A stretch of 64,000 bases of DNA from Actinomycetes bacterium (GTDB lineage Bacteria; Actinomycetota; Actinomycetes; Nanopelagicales; Nanopelagicaceae), in NCBI GenBank assembly GCA_025355665.1, contig JANXZF010000070.1:1069-65068 (forward strand), written 5' to 3'. Under the pieces are notes generated by a model. The model saw only the letters and a program-made list of their open reading frames with translations, was not told the origin of the DNA and ran no database searches. The position numbers and the translations under genes are program-made. This document shows, piece after piece, positions 1-11,047 of the stretch (position 1 is its first letter; each line of letters opens with the position of its first letter).

Positions 1-1028
1 ATCGCATGTGCCAGTGCCTTCTCAAATCGCGTGTGATCTGGTGAGTAGTCGACTAAGTGGCCAGTTACACGATCGTCGACTACTTCAGGGATGCCTCCAA
101 CCGCGGAGCCCAAGACCGCGGTCGCGCATCCCATCGCTTCAAGGTTGACGATCCCGAGAGGCTCATAAATTGACGGGCAGATGAAGAGATCGGCCGCTGT
201 AAGAACGGCCGTGAGTTCGTTGTGCGGCAGCATCTCCTGAATCCACCAAACATTGGAACGGGTGGCGCTCAATTCTTGGATTAGTTCAGCAATTTCGGCA
301 CCGATCCCGGGTTCATCGGGACTGCCAGCCGCAATGACGAGCCCATATTGACTTGGCACTTCCTTCCAGGCTCGTAGAAGATGAGCCAACCCCTTCTGGC
401 GAGTAATTCGGCCAACGAAGAGGGCGTAGCTTCCAGATATGCCGTATTTGGCAAGGGTGCTCTTGTCATAATTCGGCGAAAACTTCTCGGTATCAACTCC
501 GTTGCGGATCGTGCGAACCCGTGAAGGCTCGACGTTTGGATATGCGGAAAGGATGTCGGCGCGCATTCCGTCACTTACCGCGATGATGGCGGCGGCGCTT
601 TCGATCGCAGTTTTCTCCACCCATGATGAAAGCTGGTATCCGCCTCCGAGTTGATCGGCCTTCCAAGGTCTTAATGGTTCTAGTGAATGCCCACTCATGA
701 TGTGGGGGATTCCATGAATGAGGGAGGCAACGTGGCCCGCCATATTTGCATACCAAGTGTGCGTATGTACTACATCCGCAGTTGCTAATGCGTCGGCAAT
801 GGCTAGATCAGTGGCAACCGCTGCAATTGCCGGATTGGAATTTCGAAACTCCAATGGAGTGGCATACCCAATGGCGTCGGTTCGCTCTTCGCCGAAACAA
901 TGAACAGCAAGTGATATTTGGGGCAATTTCAGAAGCGCTTGCGCGAGTTGGACTACGTGAACGCCGGCTCCACCGTAAACATGTGGGGGCCACTCTTTCG
1001 TAACCAAACCAACTCTGATCGGCTCCAT
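1..1028 (-). CDS. glgA: Glycogen synthase-like GT4 glycosyltransferase (GlgA/GlgM type); the 3' end is cut by the window edge
   Basis: Not in the ORF track because it runs off the window. My minus-strand translation from the ATG at 1028-1026 is open to position 1: [32 protein letters not shown]...[15 protein letters not shown]...[32 protein letters not shown]. It has the KEWPP/GGxG N-terminus and an E-x7-E motif. It is divergent from glgC, as is typical of actinobacteria. Confidence 0.85.
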   Translation of the reverse strand, partial: MEPIRVGLVTKEWPPHVYGGAGVHVVQLAQALLKLPQISLAVHCFGEERTDAIGYATPLEFRNSNPAIAAVATDLAIADALATADVVHTHTWYANMAGHVASLIHGIPHIMSGHSLEPLRPWKADQLGGGYQLSSWVEKTAIESAAAIIAVSDGMRADILSAYPNVEPSRVRTIRNGVDTEKFSPNYDKSTLAKYGISGSYALFVGRITRQKGLAHLLRAWKEVPSQYGLVIAAGSPDEPGIGAEIAELIQELSATRSNVWWIQEMLPHNELTAVLTAADLFICPSIYEPLGIVNLEAMGCATAVLGSAVGGIPEVVDDRVTGHLVDYSPDHTRFEKALAHA

Positions 1029-1097
1029 CACATCTCCTATTCGCCGCGCATCTGTCAAGGTCTAGGCGGCTTGCGAGGAGAAGGCTATCGTTACGCC

Positions 1098-2321
1098 ATG
1101 CCGCGACGAGCCCTGCTATTAGGAATAGTTCTCGCAGGTGGAGAAGGTAAGCGGTTGATGCCCCTGACAGCTGATCGAGCCAAGCCCGCCGTTCCCTTTG
1201 GTGGTTCTTACCGCTTAGTAGATTTTGTACTTTCTAATTTGGTTAACGCCAGGATGCTTAAGATCGCCGTTCTGACTCAGTACAAATCTCATTCGCTCGA
1301 CAAGCACATCACCACTACATGGCGTATGTCGACTCTGCTAGGTAACTTCATCACTCCAGTTCCTGCGCAACAGCGGTTGGGGCCACGGTGGTACACCGGA
1401 AGCGCGGACGCAATTTTGCAGAATTTCAACCTAATCCACGATGAAGACCCCAAACACATTTTGGTATTCGGAGCCGACCACGTGTATCGGATGGATCCCA
1501 GCCAGATGTTTGATCAGCACTTGAACACCGGAGCTGGTGTGACGGTTGCAGCGATTCGAGTTGCCAGGTCAGAAGCCAGCGAATTCGGCGTGATCGAACT
1601 TGCCGATGACGGAATAACTATCAAGGCCTTTCATGAAAAACCCGCAAATCCGCCTGCAATGCCAGGCTTTCCCGATATGTGCTTGGTTTCAATGGGGAAT
1701 TACATCTTCCGACGTGACATCATGGAAGAAGCCCTCATCCTCGATTCAGAGGATTTAGAGAGTAGGCACGATCTTGGCGCCAACATTATTCCGATGCTGA
1801 CCAAAAACGGTTCGGCCAAAGTTTATGACTTTGCGAATAACGTGGTGCCAGGTGCTACCGATCGTGACAAGGGATATTGGAGGGACGTAGGTTCAATCGA
1901 TGCGTATTTTGACGCTCACATGGATCTGGTTTCTGTGCACCCGATCTTCAACTTGTACAACCGCGAGTGGCCACTTCTGACCAACCCCCCTTCACTTCCG
2001 CCTGCAAAATTCAGCGAAGGCGGAATAGCGCAGGATTCAATTGTTGGAGCCGGTTCGATTATCGCGGGTGGACATCTCAACCGCACTGTTGCGTCATACG
2101 ACGTCGTGGTTTCCGGTGGGGCCTTTGTGGACGGGTCAGTACTTATGCCATCGGTGAAGATTGGTGATCGCGCAGTTGTTCGGCGGGCAATCTTGGACAA
2201 GAACGTTGTTGTCGAACCCGGCGCACAAATCGGTGTGGATCTCGAACGCGATCGTGAGCGCTTTACGATCTCGCCCGGCGGTATCGTCGTAGTTGGCAAA
2301 GGCGTTCGGGTTACTCCCTAA
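1098..2321 (+). CDS. glgC: Glucose-1-phosphate adenylyltransferase
   Basis: Track ORF 918-2321. The family-typical N-terminus begins at the internal ATG at 1098: [43 protein letters not shown]. The C-terminal part looks like a left-handed beta-helix. The 918 start would overlap glgA. Confidence 0.9.
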   Translation: MPRRALLLGIVLAGGEGKRLMPLTADRAKPAVPFGGSYRLVDFVLSNLVNARMLKIAVLTQYKSHSLDKHITTTWRMSTLLGNFITPVPAQQRLGPRWYTGSADAILQNFNLIHDEDPKHILVFGADHVYRMDPSQMFDQHLNTGAGVTVAAIRVARSEASEFGVIELADDGITIKAFHEKPANPPAMPGFPDMCLVSMGNYIFRRDIMEEALILDSEDLESRHDLGANIIPMLTKNGSAKVYDFANNVVPGATDRDKGYWRDVGSIDAYFDAHMDLVSVHPIFNLYNREWPLLTNPPSLPPAKFSEGGIAQDSIVGAGSIIAGGHLNRTVASYDVVVSGGAFVDGSVLMPSVKIGDRAVVRRAILDKNVVVEPGAQIGVDLERDRERFTISPGGIVVVGKGVRVTP

Positions 2322-3247
2322 CCGACGATTTTTCGGATTAACTCCGCGCAATCTTTAAGCGCGACCTCGGACATCGGGGTTACTTCGCCAAGGCTCATGA
2401 ACCCGTGGATCATTCCTTTGTATTCCTTGTAATTCGTTGAAACACTGGCTTCGCGAAGTAATCGCTCGTACTTGACACCGTCATCGCGTAAAGGATCGAA
2501 TTCCGCGGTCACAATGATTGCCGGGGGAAGATTGGCGAAATCTATTGCGGTGGATGGGCATGCGTATGGATCGTGGTCGTGAAGATCGCCTTGGAGGTAT
2601 TGCTCCCAGTACCACTGCATTCCCTGACGAGAAAGTCCGAACCCAGTCGAGAATTTCTGGTATGAATCCGAATCGAAATTTCGCTCGTTGCACGGGTTGA
2701 TAAGCAGTTGATAGGCGGGCGATGGGCCGGATGTGTCGCGGATTTTCAGTGCCACGGCCGAGGCCAAATTTCCCCCTGCACTTTCGCCACCGACCCCGAT
2801 CTTCTCTGGATTAATGCCTAGCACCTTTGCATTCTTGTGAACCCATACGTAAGTGGCGTAGCAGTCATCGAAGGGGGTTGGATATGGATGCTCCGGCGCT
2901 TTCTGATAGTTGACGGTTATCACCACAGAATTACTTTTATTCGCGAGAGAACTCAATTCGGTATCGTAAATATCGAGAAAGTTCAGCACCCATCCGCCAC
3001 CATGGAAGTAGACCAAGGCAGGGAGATCTTCGCGGTCATTTGGCCGATACATTCGTATATGTAGATCGGCGGTAGGTCCTGGAATGTAACGGTCTTGAAT
3101 TGAGAAGACTTCCTCCGGAGCCCCAACAAGGGCGATTTTTGCGTATGTACCTTCCCGTAGCGCCATCACAGGCGCCTGCCAGACCTGCGGAACTCCTGCT
3201 GCTGCTCGCTCCGCCAGGTATTGCTCAATTTCGGGTGTCAAGACCAT
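2318..3247 (-). CDS. Alpha/beta hydrolase fold-3 esterase/lipase (hormone-sensitive-lipase family)
   Basis: Oxyanion motif HGGGW ([10 protein letters not shown]), nucleophile elbow GESAGG, C-terminal HGF. Its stop overlaps the glgC stop convergently. Confidence 0.8.
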   Translation of the reverse strand: MVLTPEIEQYLAERAAAGVPQVWQAPVMALREGTYAKIALVGAPEEVFSIQDRYIPGPTADLHIRMYRPNDREDLPALVYFHGGGWVLNFLDIYDTELSSLANKSNSVVITVNYQKAPEHPYPTPFDDCYATYVWVHKNAKVLGINPEKIGVGGESAGGNLASAVALKIRDTSGPSPAYQLLINPCNERNFDSDSYQKFSTGFGLSRQGMQWYWEQYLQGDLHDHDPYACPSTAIDFANLPPAIIVTAEFDPLRDDGVKYERLLREASVSTNYKEYKGMIHGFMSLGEVTPMSEVALKDCAELIRKIVG

Positions 3248-3399
3248 GTGCGTTCCTACCAGAGTTCGACGAAGTGATGCAATCTTTATTTCCCACGGAC
3301 AAGCTCTCGCCGTCTTGGCGATAGACTCCGCGTTGTCAGCGTTGACCCTCTACGGGCTACAGATGCCCATTTTTTAATCGAGCGTTGGAGTAAATTGCG

Positions 3400-4425
3400 A
3401 TGCGTATTGGTGTCCTAACTGGTGGCGGAGATTGCCCTGGCTTAAATGCTGTAATTCGTGCAGTTGTCCGCAAAGGCGAAAAAGAGTACGGCCATGAGTT
3501 TGTCGGATTTCGCGATGGATGGCGTGGACCTCTCGAAGGTTTAACAATGACACTCGACATCCAAGCCACTCGAGGAATCTTGCCTCGTGGCGGAACAATT
3601 CTTGGCTCGTCGCGAACCAACCCATTTAAGATTGATGGCGGAATCGACCGTATTCGCGAGAATCTCGCTGCAACTGGCGTGGACGCGCTTATCGCGATCG
3701 GCGGCGAAGACACACTTGGGGTGGCTACCAAACTCGATGCTCTAGGGGTCAAAGTCATCGGCGTTCCAAAGACAATCGATAACGATCTCAACAACACTGA
3801 CTACACCTTTGGATTCGATACCGCTGTCAATATCGCCGTTGAGGCTATTGATCGCCTTCACACAACCGCCGAGTCTCACCATCGCGCACTAGTCGTTGAG
3901 GTCATGGGGCGTCATGCGGGTTGGATTGCCTTGCACTCCGGACTGGCTGGCGGGGCTGCATGCATTTTGATTCCAGAGCAGAAATTCTCGCTCGATCAAG
4001 TTTGCCAATGGGTTGAATCGCGTTTCAAAGTCAATTACTCGCCGATCATCGTTGTTGCCGAAGGTGCAATACCCCAAGACGGGGATATGGTCATCAAGGA
4101 TCAGACACTCGATGCCTTTGGCCACGTGAAGCTTTCAGGAATCGGCGACTGGCTCGCGCAAGAAATCGAAGCGCGCACCGGCAAGGAAGCGCGAAGCACG
4201 GTCTTGGGACACATTCAGCGAGGCGGAACACCAACTGCCTTTGACCGCGTACTTGCCACCCGTTTTGGTTTGCACGCAATTACGGCTGCCCACGAGGGTG
4301 ACTGGGGCAAGATGGTTGCCTTGCATGGCACCAATATTGTCCGAGTTCCACTTGCCTCGGCCACCGAGAAATTGAAACTTGTCGATCCTGCTCTCTACAA
4401 GGAGGCTGAGATCTTCTTTGGATAA
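3400..4425 (+). CDS. pfkA: 6-phosphofructokinase (ATP versus PPi dependence cannot be decided from the sequence)
   Basis: MRIGVLTGGGDCPGLNAVIRAVV, IGGEDTLGVA, PKTIDNDL, MGRHAGWIAL. These are canonical PfkA family motifs. Confidence 0.9.
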   Translation: MRIGVLTGGGDCPGLNAVIRAVVRKGEKEYGHEFVGFRDGWRGPLEGLTMTLDIQATRGILPRGGTILGSSRTNPFKIDGGIDRIRENLAATGVDALIAIGGEDTLGVATKLDALGVKVIGVPKTIDNDLNNTDYTFGFDTAVNIAVEAIDRLHTTAESHHRALVVEVMGRHAGWIALHSGLAGGAACILIPEQKFSLDQVCQWVESRFKVNYSPIIVVAEGAIPQDGDMVIKDQTLDAFGHVKLSGIGDWLAQEIEARTGKEARSTVLGHIQRGGTPTAFDRVLATRFGLHAITAAHEGDWGKMVALHGTNIVRVPLASATEKLKLVDPALYKEAEIFFG

Positions 4426-4468
4426 TCGCCCGACGCGATTATCTTCGACTTCTCTACGCTAGGAAACT

Positions 4469-5812
4469 ATGACCACATTGGATTCCCTCTTTGCTCCTGG
4501 CCTCGTTGCGGCCCAACAGCCCAACTGGCCGGGAGGCTCAGATGGCCCTGCCGTCCGTGCGGCAGTCGCAGAGCTTAAGACTTACCCACCGTTGGTATTT
4601 GCGGGTGAGTGCGACAACTTGAAAGCCCGTGTTGCAGAGGCCGCGGCGGGCAGGGCGTTCTGGCTGCAAGGCGGAGATTGTGCTGAAACTTTTGTCGCGG
4701 CGACCGCCGATTCAATCCGTAATCGAATCAAGACAATTTTGCAGATGGCCGCGGTTCTTCAGTACTACTCGAGCCTTCCAGTTATCAAAGTGGGCCGCAT
4801 GGCTGGCCAATTCGCAAAGCCACGTTCGAATGATTTGGAAACGCGCGGAGATGTAACCCTTCCTGCATACCGCGGCGACGCGGTTAACGATCTCGAATTT
4901 AGTCTCTCCGCTAGAACTCCGGATCCTGCTCGGCTTCTCAAGGTTTACCACACCTCTGCGGCCACGCTTAATCTCGTCCGCGCTTTTACCCAGGGCGGTT
5001 TTGCCGATCTTCGGCAAGTTCACGAATGGAATAAAGGTTTCATCCGCGACTCGTCCGTCGGCATGCGTTACGAAGAAATGGCTAATGAAATCGGGCGTGC
5101 GCTGGAGTTCATGCGCTCAGCTGGTGTCGACCCTGCCGCGTTCAAAACCGTCGAGTTCTTCTCCTCGCATGAAGCCTTGATTATGGAGTACGAGAAGGCG
5201 CTAACCCGAATTGATTCTCGAACTCAACTCCCTTATGACGTTTCTGCGCATTTCATATGGATCGGTGAGCGCACCCGCCAATTGGATGGCGCGCACGTAG
5301 AGTTCGCCTCCAAAATACGCAATCCCATCGGCGTCAAACTCGGGCCTAAGTCCACCGTAGATGATGCAATGCGGCTTATCGACAAATTGGACCCCAACCG
5401 CGAACCGGGACGACTTACCTTCATAACGCGGATGGGCGCGGGCAAGATTAGGCAAGCGCTGCCCGCACTGGTGGATGGCGTTACCAAATCTGGCGCACAA
5501 GTCCTATGGGTCTGTGACCCTATGCACGGCAATACGTACGAGGCGCCGAGTGGCTACAAGACTCGCCGTTTTGATGACGTGCTCGATGAAGTAAAGGGAT
5601 TCTTCGAAGTGCACAAATCACTGGGAACGCATCCCGGAGGCATTCACATCGAACTTACCGGTGACGATGTCACAGAGTGCGTCGGAGGCGGCGAACAGAT
5701 TTCACACGACGATTTGGCCACCAGATACGAGTCGGCGTGCGACCCTCGGCTCAATCACGCCCAATCATTGGAATTGGCTTTTCTCGTAGCGGAGATGCTT
5801 CGCGATCGCTAA
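4469..5812 (+). CDS. aroG: Class II 3-deoxy-7-phosphoheptulonate (DAHP) synthase
   Basis: 447 aa, the size of class II enzymes. Motifs: GRMAGQFAKPRS, WIGERTRQLDGAHVEF, WVCDPMHGNT, HIELTG. It matches the plant/actinobacterial class II type. Confidence 0.9.
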   Translation: MTTLDSLFAPGLVAAQQPNWPGGSDGPAVRAAVAELKTYPPLVFAGECDNLKARVAEAAAGRAFWLQGGDCAETFVAATADSIRNRIKTILQMAAVLQYYSSLPVIKVGRMAGQFAKPRSNDLETRGDVTLPAYRGDAVNDLEFSLSARTPDPARLLKVYHTSAATLNLVRAFTQGGFADLRQVHEWNKGFIRDSSVGMRYEEMANEIGRALEFMRSAGVDPAAFKTVEFFSSHEALIMEYEKALTRIDSRTQLPYDVSAHFIWIGERTRQLDGAHVEFASKIRNPIGVKLGPKSTVDDAMRLIDKLDPNREPGRLTFITRMGAGKIRQALPALVDGVTKSGAQVLWVCDPMHGNTYEAPSGYKTRRFDDVLDEVKGFFEVHKSLGTHPGGIHIELTGDDVTECVGGGEQISHDDLATRYESACDPRLNHAQSLELAFLVAEMLRDR

Positions 5813-5821
5813 TCTGTCTCA

Positions 5822-6316
5822 ATGACTTTGCTCTACACGACGACGAAGACTCCCATCGGCATGATCCAGCTCATGGCAGATGAGCATGTTTTGCTCGGAG
5901 CCAATTTCGGAACTTTTGACGCATTGGTGAGTTCATTAGATGATGTTGATGCCCAAAGAGGAATTGATCGTGTGAAACGAATCCCTGTCATTTCTGACTT
6001 AGTGGATGACTATTTTGACGGCGATATTGAAGCCATCAATGCAATCGCAGTACGACAGCCGGGCGCACATTTTTCACAAGCGGCGTGGAAGGCAATGCGA
6101 AAAATCAAAGCCGGCAAAGTACTTTCGTACGCGGATTTGGCGCAACGTGCAGGTTCCCCGGCTGCGGTTCGCGCAGCAGGTACGGCGTGCGCCAAGAATG
6201 CGATCGTCGTCGTGGTTCCGTGTCACCGTGTTGTGAAGACAGGCGGAGCGCTAGGGAATTATGCCTACGGTCTAAATGCGAAAGAGTGGCTACTTCGCCA
6301 TGAGGGCGCGCTTTAA
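5822..6316 (+). CDS. ogt: Methylated-DNA--protein-cysteine methyltransferase
   Basis: Active-site PCHRVV (VVPCHRVVKTGG) and the downstream [16 protein letters not shown], which is typical of Ogt/Ada C-domains. Confidence 0.85.
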   Translation: MTLLYTTTKTPIGMIQLMADEHVLLGANFGTFDALVSSLDDVDAQRGIDRVKRIPVISDLVDDYFDGDIEAINAIAVRQPGAHFSQAAWKAMRKIKAGKVLSYADLAQRAGSPAAVRAAGTACAKNAIVVVVPCHRVVKTGGALGNYAYGLNAKEWLLRHEGAL

Positions 6317-7339
6317 AGTAGCCGCAATAACATCTGCGGCATAGGTCATCGCTGCATCATCAATATCAATATGAGTGACTAGCCGGGCGAATTTTGGTCC
6401 CAACGAACTTATTAGAACACCTTCGTCTTTTGCCATCTGTGCAAACTCAGAAGCCGACAGAGGTAGCTGGGTCAGATCCATGCTCACGATATTCGTTTCA
6501 ACAAATGTTGGGTTGATCACTGACGGTTCCACTTCATGACATTTCTGGGCGATGAATTTTGCACGGCGATGATCCTGAGCGAGTAAGGGCAAATTGGTGT
6601 CAAGTGCGAAGTGCGCAGCCGCTGCAAGTATTCCAACTTGGCGCATTCCTGCTCCGTACCGTTTGCGCCAAACTCGAGCTTTTGCCACTTTTTCCTTTGT
6701 TGAGAGCATCATCGATCCGACAGGAGCGCCTAACCCTTTAGAGAAGCAAACGCTGACTGTCTCGAAGTACTTGGCGTACTCGATGAACGGCACTCCGCTG
6801 GAAATATGTGCGTTCCAGATTCTCGCGCCGTCGAGGTGCAATGCGATGCCGACATTTTTTGCTGCGTGATGCAACTTTGCGATCTCGTCGAGTGGTTGAA
6901 CTGTTCCACCGCCGAAGTTGTGTGTGTTCTCAATAGCGATTGCCGTAGTGGAGACTTGGTAAGGACCAGAGGCCGGTCGTGCGATTTCCATGGGATCTTC
7001 TGCTTTAAGCAATCCGCGTTCTGCTAGCCATGTACGTGTAGTAATTCCGCTAAATGTCGCGGCTGCTCCAAGTTCCGCACGAACTATATGCGAAAACGTT
7101 TCGGCTATGAGTTCTTCGCCGGGAGCGACGAGCATTCGTATTGCAAGTTGATTGGCTAATGATCCCGATGGTGTGAAAACCCCAGCCTCTTTTCCGAATA
7201 GGGCCGCAACGCGTTCCTCGAGTGAGTTAACAGTCTCGTCTTCTCCATACACATCATCACCCACCGGAGCATGCGCCATAACTTCACGCATTGCATCGGA
7301 GGGAAGGGTCACCGTGTCAGAACGAAGATCTACGCGCAT
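6290..7339 (-). CDS. ltaE: Low-specificity L-threonine aldolase (PLP-dependent)
   Basis: [21 protein letters not shown]...GDDVYGED N-terminus, [10 protein letters not shown], and PLP-lysine context [14 protein letters not shown]. Confidence 0.8.
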   Translation of the reverse strand: MRVDLRSDTVTLPSDAMREVMAHAPVGDDVYGEDETVNSLEERVAALFGKEAGVFTPSGSLANQLAIRMLVAPGEELIAETFSHIVRAELGAAATFSGITTRTWLAERGLLKAEDPMEIARPASGPYQVSTTAIAIENTHNFGGGTVQPLDEIAKLHHAAKNVGIALHLDGARIWNAHISSGVPFIEYAKYFETVSVCFSKGLGAPVGSMMLSTKEKVAKARVWRKRYGAGMRQVGILAAAAHFALDTNLPLLAQDHRRAKFIAQKCHEVEPSVINPTFVETNIVSMDLTQLPLSASEFAQMAKDEGVLISSLGPKFARLVTHIDIDDAAMTYAADVIAATLKRALMAK

Positions 7340-7351
7340 GGATTTATCCTC

Positions 7352-8194
7352 TCACGCTTCCTGAAGAACGATCATGTACATCGCCCCAACGACGAGTGCT
7401 CCACCGAGTGCAATGTGAAGGGTAAGGCTCTCACCGCCGAATATCACGGCAAAGATGGCCGCAAAGACAACTTCCATAGTTAAAATCACTGCGACTTTGG
7501 TGGGGGACATGTGGGCTTGAGACCAGGTTTGGATCATGAATGCGATGGCTGTTGCAAAAACCGCCGTAAAGACAACCACGCCCCACACACCTTTATCGGG
7601 TGGAAGGTGGTAACCAGACTTTAGCGATGCGACGCCGGCCAATGCGGCGCAGGTCGCAAGCTGAACAACGGTAAGCGCGTAGGCATCTCTACCGCTGCTC
7701 CACTGACCCAAAGCGATGATGTGCGAAGCGAATGCAAAAGCGCTGCCCAGAACCAAGATTTCTCCGAATCCAACCGACCAACCGTGAAGGGAGAGAAGGG
7801 CGAGCCCAACTGTAGCAATTAGCACGTACGTCCAGGTCCGACGTGATATTCGTTGATGCAAGACCACGGCGGCGATCAAAGGAGTGGCGATCACGTACAT
7901 TCCAGTAACAAATCCTGTCACGGCAGCGGTCGTTCTTGCCAATCCCAATGTTTGCAAGATGTAGCCGATTCCGAGGAAGCACCCAGCGATAAAACCCCTA
8001 AAGACAAGATCACGGGAAAAATATCGGATGACTTTTGGCTTTAAAAGGATCATCACGATCGCCGCGACTGCGAAACGTGTGAAGAGAAAACTATTTACAT
8101 CTTGACGTTTGATCGCATCTTTCATGAGAACGAATGCAGCACCCCACATTGCGGCGACTGTGAGCAGGGCAAGAGGAGCTAACCTCAAACGCAT
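7352..8194 (-). CDS. EamA/DMT-family membrane transporter
   Basis: 280 aa with about 10 hydrophobic helices and a two-fold EamA-like internal repeat. The substrate is not inferable. Confidence 0.7.
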   Translation of the reverse strand: MRLRLAPLALLTVAAMWGAAFVLMKDAIKRQDVNSFLFTRFAVAAIVMILLKPKVIRYFSRDLVFRGFIAGCFLGIGYILQTLGLARTTAAVTGFVTGMYVIATPLIAAVVLHQRISRRTWTYVLIATVGLALLSLHGWSVGFGEILVLGSAFAFASHIIALGQWSSGRDAYALTVVQLATCAALAGVASLKSGYHLPPDKGVWGVVVFTAVFATAIAFMIQTWSQAHMSPTKVAVILTMEVVFAAIFAVIFGGESLTLHIALGGALVVGAMYMIVLQEA

Positions 8195-8196
8195 TT

Positions 8197-9048
8197 TTAG
8201 CCGCGGAATTTCTTAAGGAGTGCAACTTCCTTGCCATGCTCAGGTTCTTGGCCCGGCGTCTCCAGAATCAGAGGAGCATTTGCCACTGCGGGGTGGGCAA
8301 GAAGTTCCTTAAATGGATCCAATCCAATTTCGCCTTCGCCAAGATTTTGGTGACGGTCCTTTAGAGCGCCACAAACATCCATGGAGTCGTTTGCGTGTAT
8401 CAACTGGAAGCGCTCCAAGCCCGCAATGGATACGAGCAAGTCGAGCATCTCGGTCATGCCTCCTTTCTTCTTTATGTCATGACCTGCGGCGAACACATGA
8501 CAGGTGTCCAGACATATTCCAACCTTCGGGTGGTGTTCGAGTGCATCGAGATAGTGCGCCAAGTCTTCAAGTCGTTTCACAAGGGATTGGCCCTGTCCTG
8601 CAGTGGGTTCCAGTAACAAACTGGGGGAGTCAGCGGGAAGGGCTTCCAGGATCGGCATCATGCCATCGTGGATCTGAGTCCATGCTTTTGCAACATGATC
8701 GACGTCCACGGCCGAGCCTGTATGAATCACAACCCCAAGTGCGCCGATATCAGCCCCTCGTTGCAAGGAATATTTTGTCGACGCGAGAGAATTTTCGTAG
8801 GTTGCGACAGTCGGTGATCCTAAGTTGATGAGATAGGGCGCATGCACGTATGCGGCGATATCAAATTCGGCAGTCTTGGCACGGAAGGCATCATCTGCCT
8901 CTCGGTTGGCTTCTGGCATCGCCCAGCCACGCGGATTGGAGGCAAATACTTGGATCGCCTCGGCTTTGATGGTCTGCGCGTAAGCAATCGACCGTTTAGC
9001 CATCCCGCCGCTTGTAGGTACATGGGCGCCGATTCGTGGATGCGACAT
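8197..9048 (-). CDS. nfo: Deoxyribonuclease IV (endonuclease IV, AP endonuclease)
   Basis: Motifs HAPYLINL, VIHTGS, CLDTCHVFAAGHD and IHANDS match the three Nfo metal-binding signatures. Confidence 0.85.
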   Translation of the reverse strand: MSHPRIGAHVPTSGGMAKRSIAYAQTIKAEAIQVFASNPRGWAMPEANREADDAFRAKTAEFDIAAYVHAPYLINLGSPTVATYENSLASTKYSLQRGADIGALGVVIHTGSAVDVDHVAKAWTQIHDGMMPILEALPADSPSLLLEPTAGQGQSLVKRLEDLAHYLDALEHHPKVGICLDTCHVFAAGHDIKKKGGMTEMLDLLVSIAGLERFQLIHANDSMDVCGALKDRHQNLGEGEIGLDPFKELLAHPAVANAPLILETPGQEPEHGKEVALLKKFRG

Positions 9049-9052
9049 TTGC

Positions 9053-10996
9053 TTACCCTACTGTGATGATGACCGTACTGCCACGTTTCACTTTTGTGCC
9101 GACCATGGGCGAAATATTCGTTACGGTCTTATTGGCGCGCGTGCCGATCTTCTTCACGCTGACCTTAAGTTCCAAATCTTGGAGCATTGCAGTGGCCCTA
9201 GCCTCTGTAAAGGAGTAGAGGTTCGGCACAAAAACCGACTCGCTGCCTTGCGAAACTACAAGGGCAATCTTTGTTCCCTTAGGTGCCGTGCCTCCGTTGC
9301 CATCGGGGGTCTGACTAATGACAGCTCCTATTGCAACGGTGTCGCTGTAGGCGTAAGTCGTCGATGCCACAAAACCTGCGTTGGTGAGTTCAGTGAGCGC
9401 CTGATCGCCGCTTTTCCCGACGTAGGAATTAAGGACAAGAAGCTCGGGGCCTTGGCTGACAAGCAGGTCCACTTGAGAATCACGTCGAAGCTCAGTGCCT
9501 GCCACCGGAGTGGAACTAATAACGATGCCTTGCGCAATGGTTGGGTTGAATGTTTGTTTAACCGTGCCGACGATAAGTGAATTCTTCTGCATGAGCGCGG
9601 TTGCGGCATCTTGCGTTAACCCCTTCACTATCGGAACTGAGAAACGCTCTGGTCCTTTGGACACAACAAGAGAGACCAGTCCGCCTGCTTTGACTTTGCC
9701 ACCACCACCCGGGTCGGTTGAAATGATTTTTCCTATAGGGACGATTTCGCTAAACACTTGGTCTGAGATTGTCGCGCCGAGTCCGACTGCCTTAAGGGCA
9801 GTAGTCGCGTCTTTGGTACTCATGCCGACAAGATCACTCGGGACTCCAACCCCGCTCTTCATTCCGGCTGTTGCGTACCAGATGCCGCCGGCAACAAAGA
9901 GGGCCAAGATTCCTGCGATCCATCTGTTCCTGCGAACCCTTGCGCTGGCCTTGCGTCTCGTTGCAATCGTGCTTGTAGTTCGAGATGGCTTGTCTTTCGG
10001 TGTCTTGCCACCCGTCGAAGATTTCATGGGCAACACTGTGCCAGATGACATCGCTTTTAGTGGAGACGAAACTCGCTTTGTTTTGCGAGATTTCTCTCTG
10101 ATTATTACTGGAGGCAAATCCAATTCCAAACTCATTTGGCTTCGCTTGGGATCAAGTTCGACTTGAATCGCGCGCATTTGCTCAAGAAATTCACCAGCAT
10201 CTCTCGGACGTTCATCAGGATTAACTCGCGTGGCACGCACAATCAATGCATCTAGAGACTCCGGGATTCCTGAAACAAGCGAAGAGGGAGCAGGTACTCG
10301 ATCATTTACATGCCTATACGCAATGTTGATTGGTGAGTCCCCTGAAAAGGGCTTTTCGCCCGTAAGCAATTCGAAAGCGATGATTCCGAGCGAGTAGACA
10401 TCACTTCTCGCATCTGCGACTCCTCTTTGTACTTGTTCGGGAGAGAGGTAGGAAACACTGCCCAAGATGACGCTTGATTCGGCTGTCAGTGTGTGACCAA
10501 TTAGGTCTCCATGTGCTAATCCGAAATCCGCGACTTTCACGCGTCCGTTGGTGGAGATGAGTATGTTTTCAGGCTTTAGGTCGCGATGGACTATTCCAAT
10601 TTTGTGGGCTGCAGCCACTGCACTTAGCACGGGTATCAGAAAATGAATTGTTTCGGCAGGCGAAAGAGCCCCTTGCTCAAAAATGTAATCGTGCAAGGTG
10701 CTGCCTTCAATTAATTCCATTACTAAAAACACCGCTGGGACACCGTTCTGATTCCACCCTTGGTCTTGAACTGCCACGATATTGGGGTGCGAGAGGGCAG
10801 CGGCAGCCTTGGCTTCTCGAATGAATCGGTTGACGAAAATTTCATCGTCCGCCAGATGTGGATGCATAATCTTCACGGCAACTTTTCGATCAAGTCGAGT
10901 ATCCAGGGCGACATAAACGGTCGCCATGCCTCCGCTAGCTAATTGCTCCAGAAGTTCATAGCGCCCGTCAATGAGTTGACCAGACAGATCTGACAC
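9053..10996 (-). CDS. pknB: Transmembrane Ser/Thr protein kinase with four extracellular PASTA domains
   Basis: GTG start. Hanks kinase motifs GGMATVY, VAVKIM, HRDLKPENIL, DFGLA and SPEQ. One TM helix (WIAGILALFVAGGIWYATAG). Four roughly 65-aa repeats, each ending in ..VSKGPE / VSQGPE / VSQGSE / ITVG. Confidence 0.9.
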   Translation of the reverse strand: MSDLSGQLIDGRYELLEQLASGGMATVYVALDTRLDRKVAVKIMHPHLADDEIFVNRFIREAKAAAALSHPNIVAVQDQGWNQNGVPAVFLVMELIEGSTLHDYIFEQGALSPAETIHFLIPVLSAVAAAHKIGIVHRDLKPENILISTNGRVKVADFGLAHGDLIGHTLTAESSVILGSVSYLSPEQVQRGVADARSDVYSLGIIAFELLTGEKPFSGDSPINIAYRHVNDRVPAPSSLVSGIPESLDALIVRATRVNPDERPRDAGEFLEQMRAIQVELDPKRSQMSLELDLPPVIIREKSRKTKRVSSPLKAMSSGTVLPMKSSTGGKTPKDKPSRTTSTIATRRKASARVRRNRWIAGILALFVAGGIWYATAGMKSGVGVPSDLVGMSTKDATTALKAVGLGATISDQVFSEIVPIGKIISTDPGGGGKVKAGGLVSLVVSKGPERFSVPIVKGLTQDAATALMQKNSLIVGTVKQTFNPTIAQGIVISSTPVAGTELRRDSQVDLLVSQGPELLVLNSYVGKSGDQALTELTNAGFVASTTYAYSDTVAIGAVISQTPDGNGGTAPKGTKIALVVSQGSESVFVPNLYSFTEARATAMLQDLELKVSVKKIGTRANKTVTNISPMVGTKVKRGSTVIITVG

Positions 10997-11047
10997 ATCA
11001 AAATCTTAGGCAACAGGAACCGCTTAAGTTGGCTAGACGCGCTGCGC

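Noticed and set aside
281-1003. Five short track ORFs (281-574 -, 571-756 -, 718-903 +, 746-1003 +, 808-993 -)
   Set aside because: All lie inside the continuous glgA reading frame that I translated from 1028 to 1 on the minus strand. Their products are low-complexity and have no recognisable motifs. They are out-of-frame or antisense shadows.
918-1097. 60-codon N-terminal extension of the glgC ORF
   Set aside because: The extension overlaps the glgA 5' end on the other strand and has no GlgC-like sequence. The conserved N-terminus starts at ATG 1098.
9495-10166. 223-aa plus-strand ORF inside the PASTA kinase gene, plus similar antisense ORFs at 38142-38729, 22048-22524 and 35830-36222
   Set aside because: They lie opposite strongly supported genes, have no motifs and show biased composition. 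I take them to be chance open frames, which are common in antisense frames of coding DNA.
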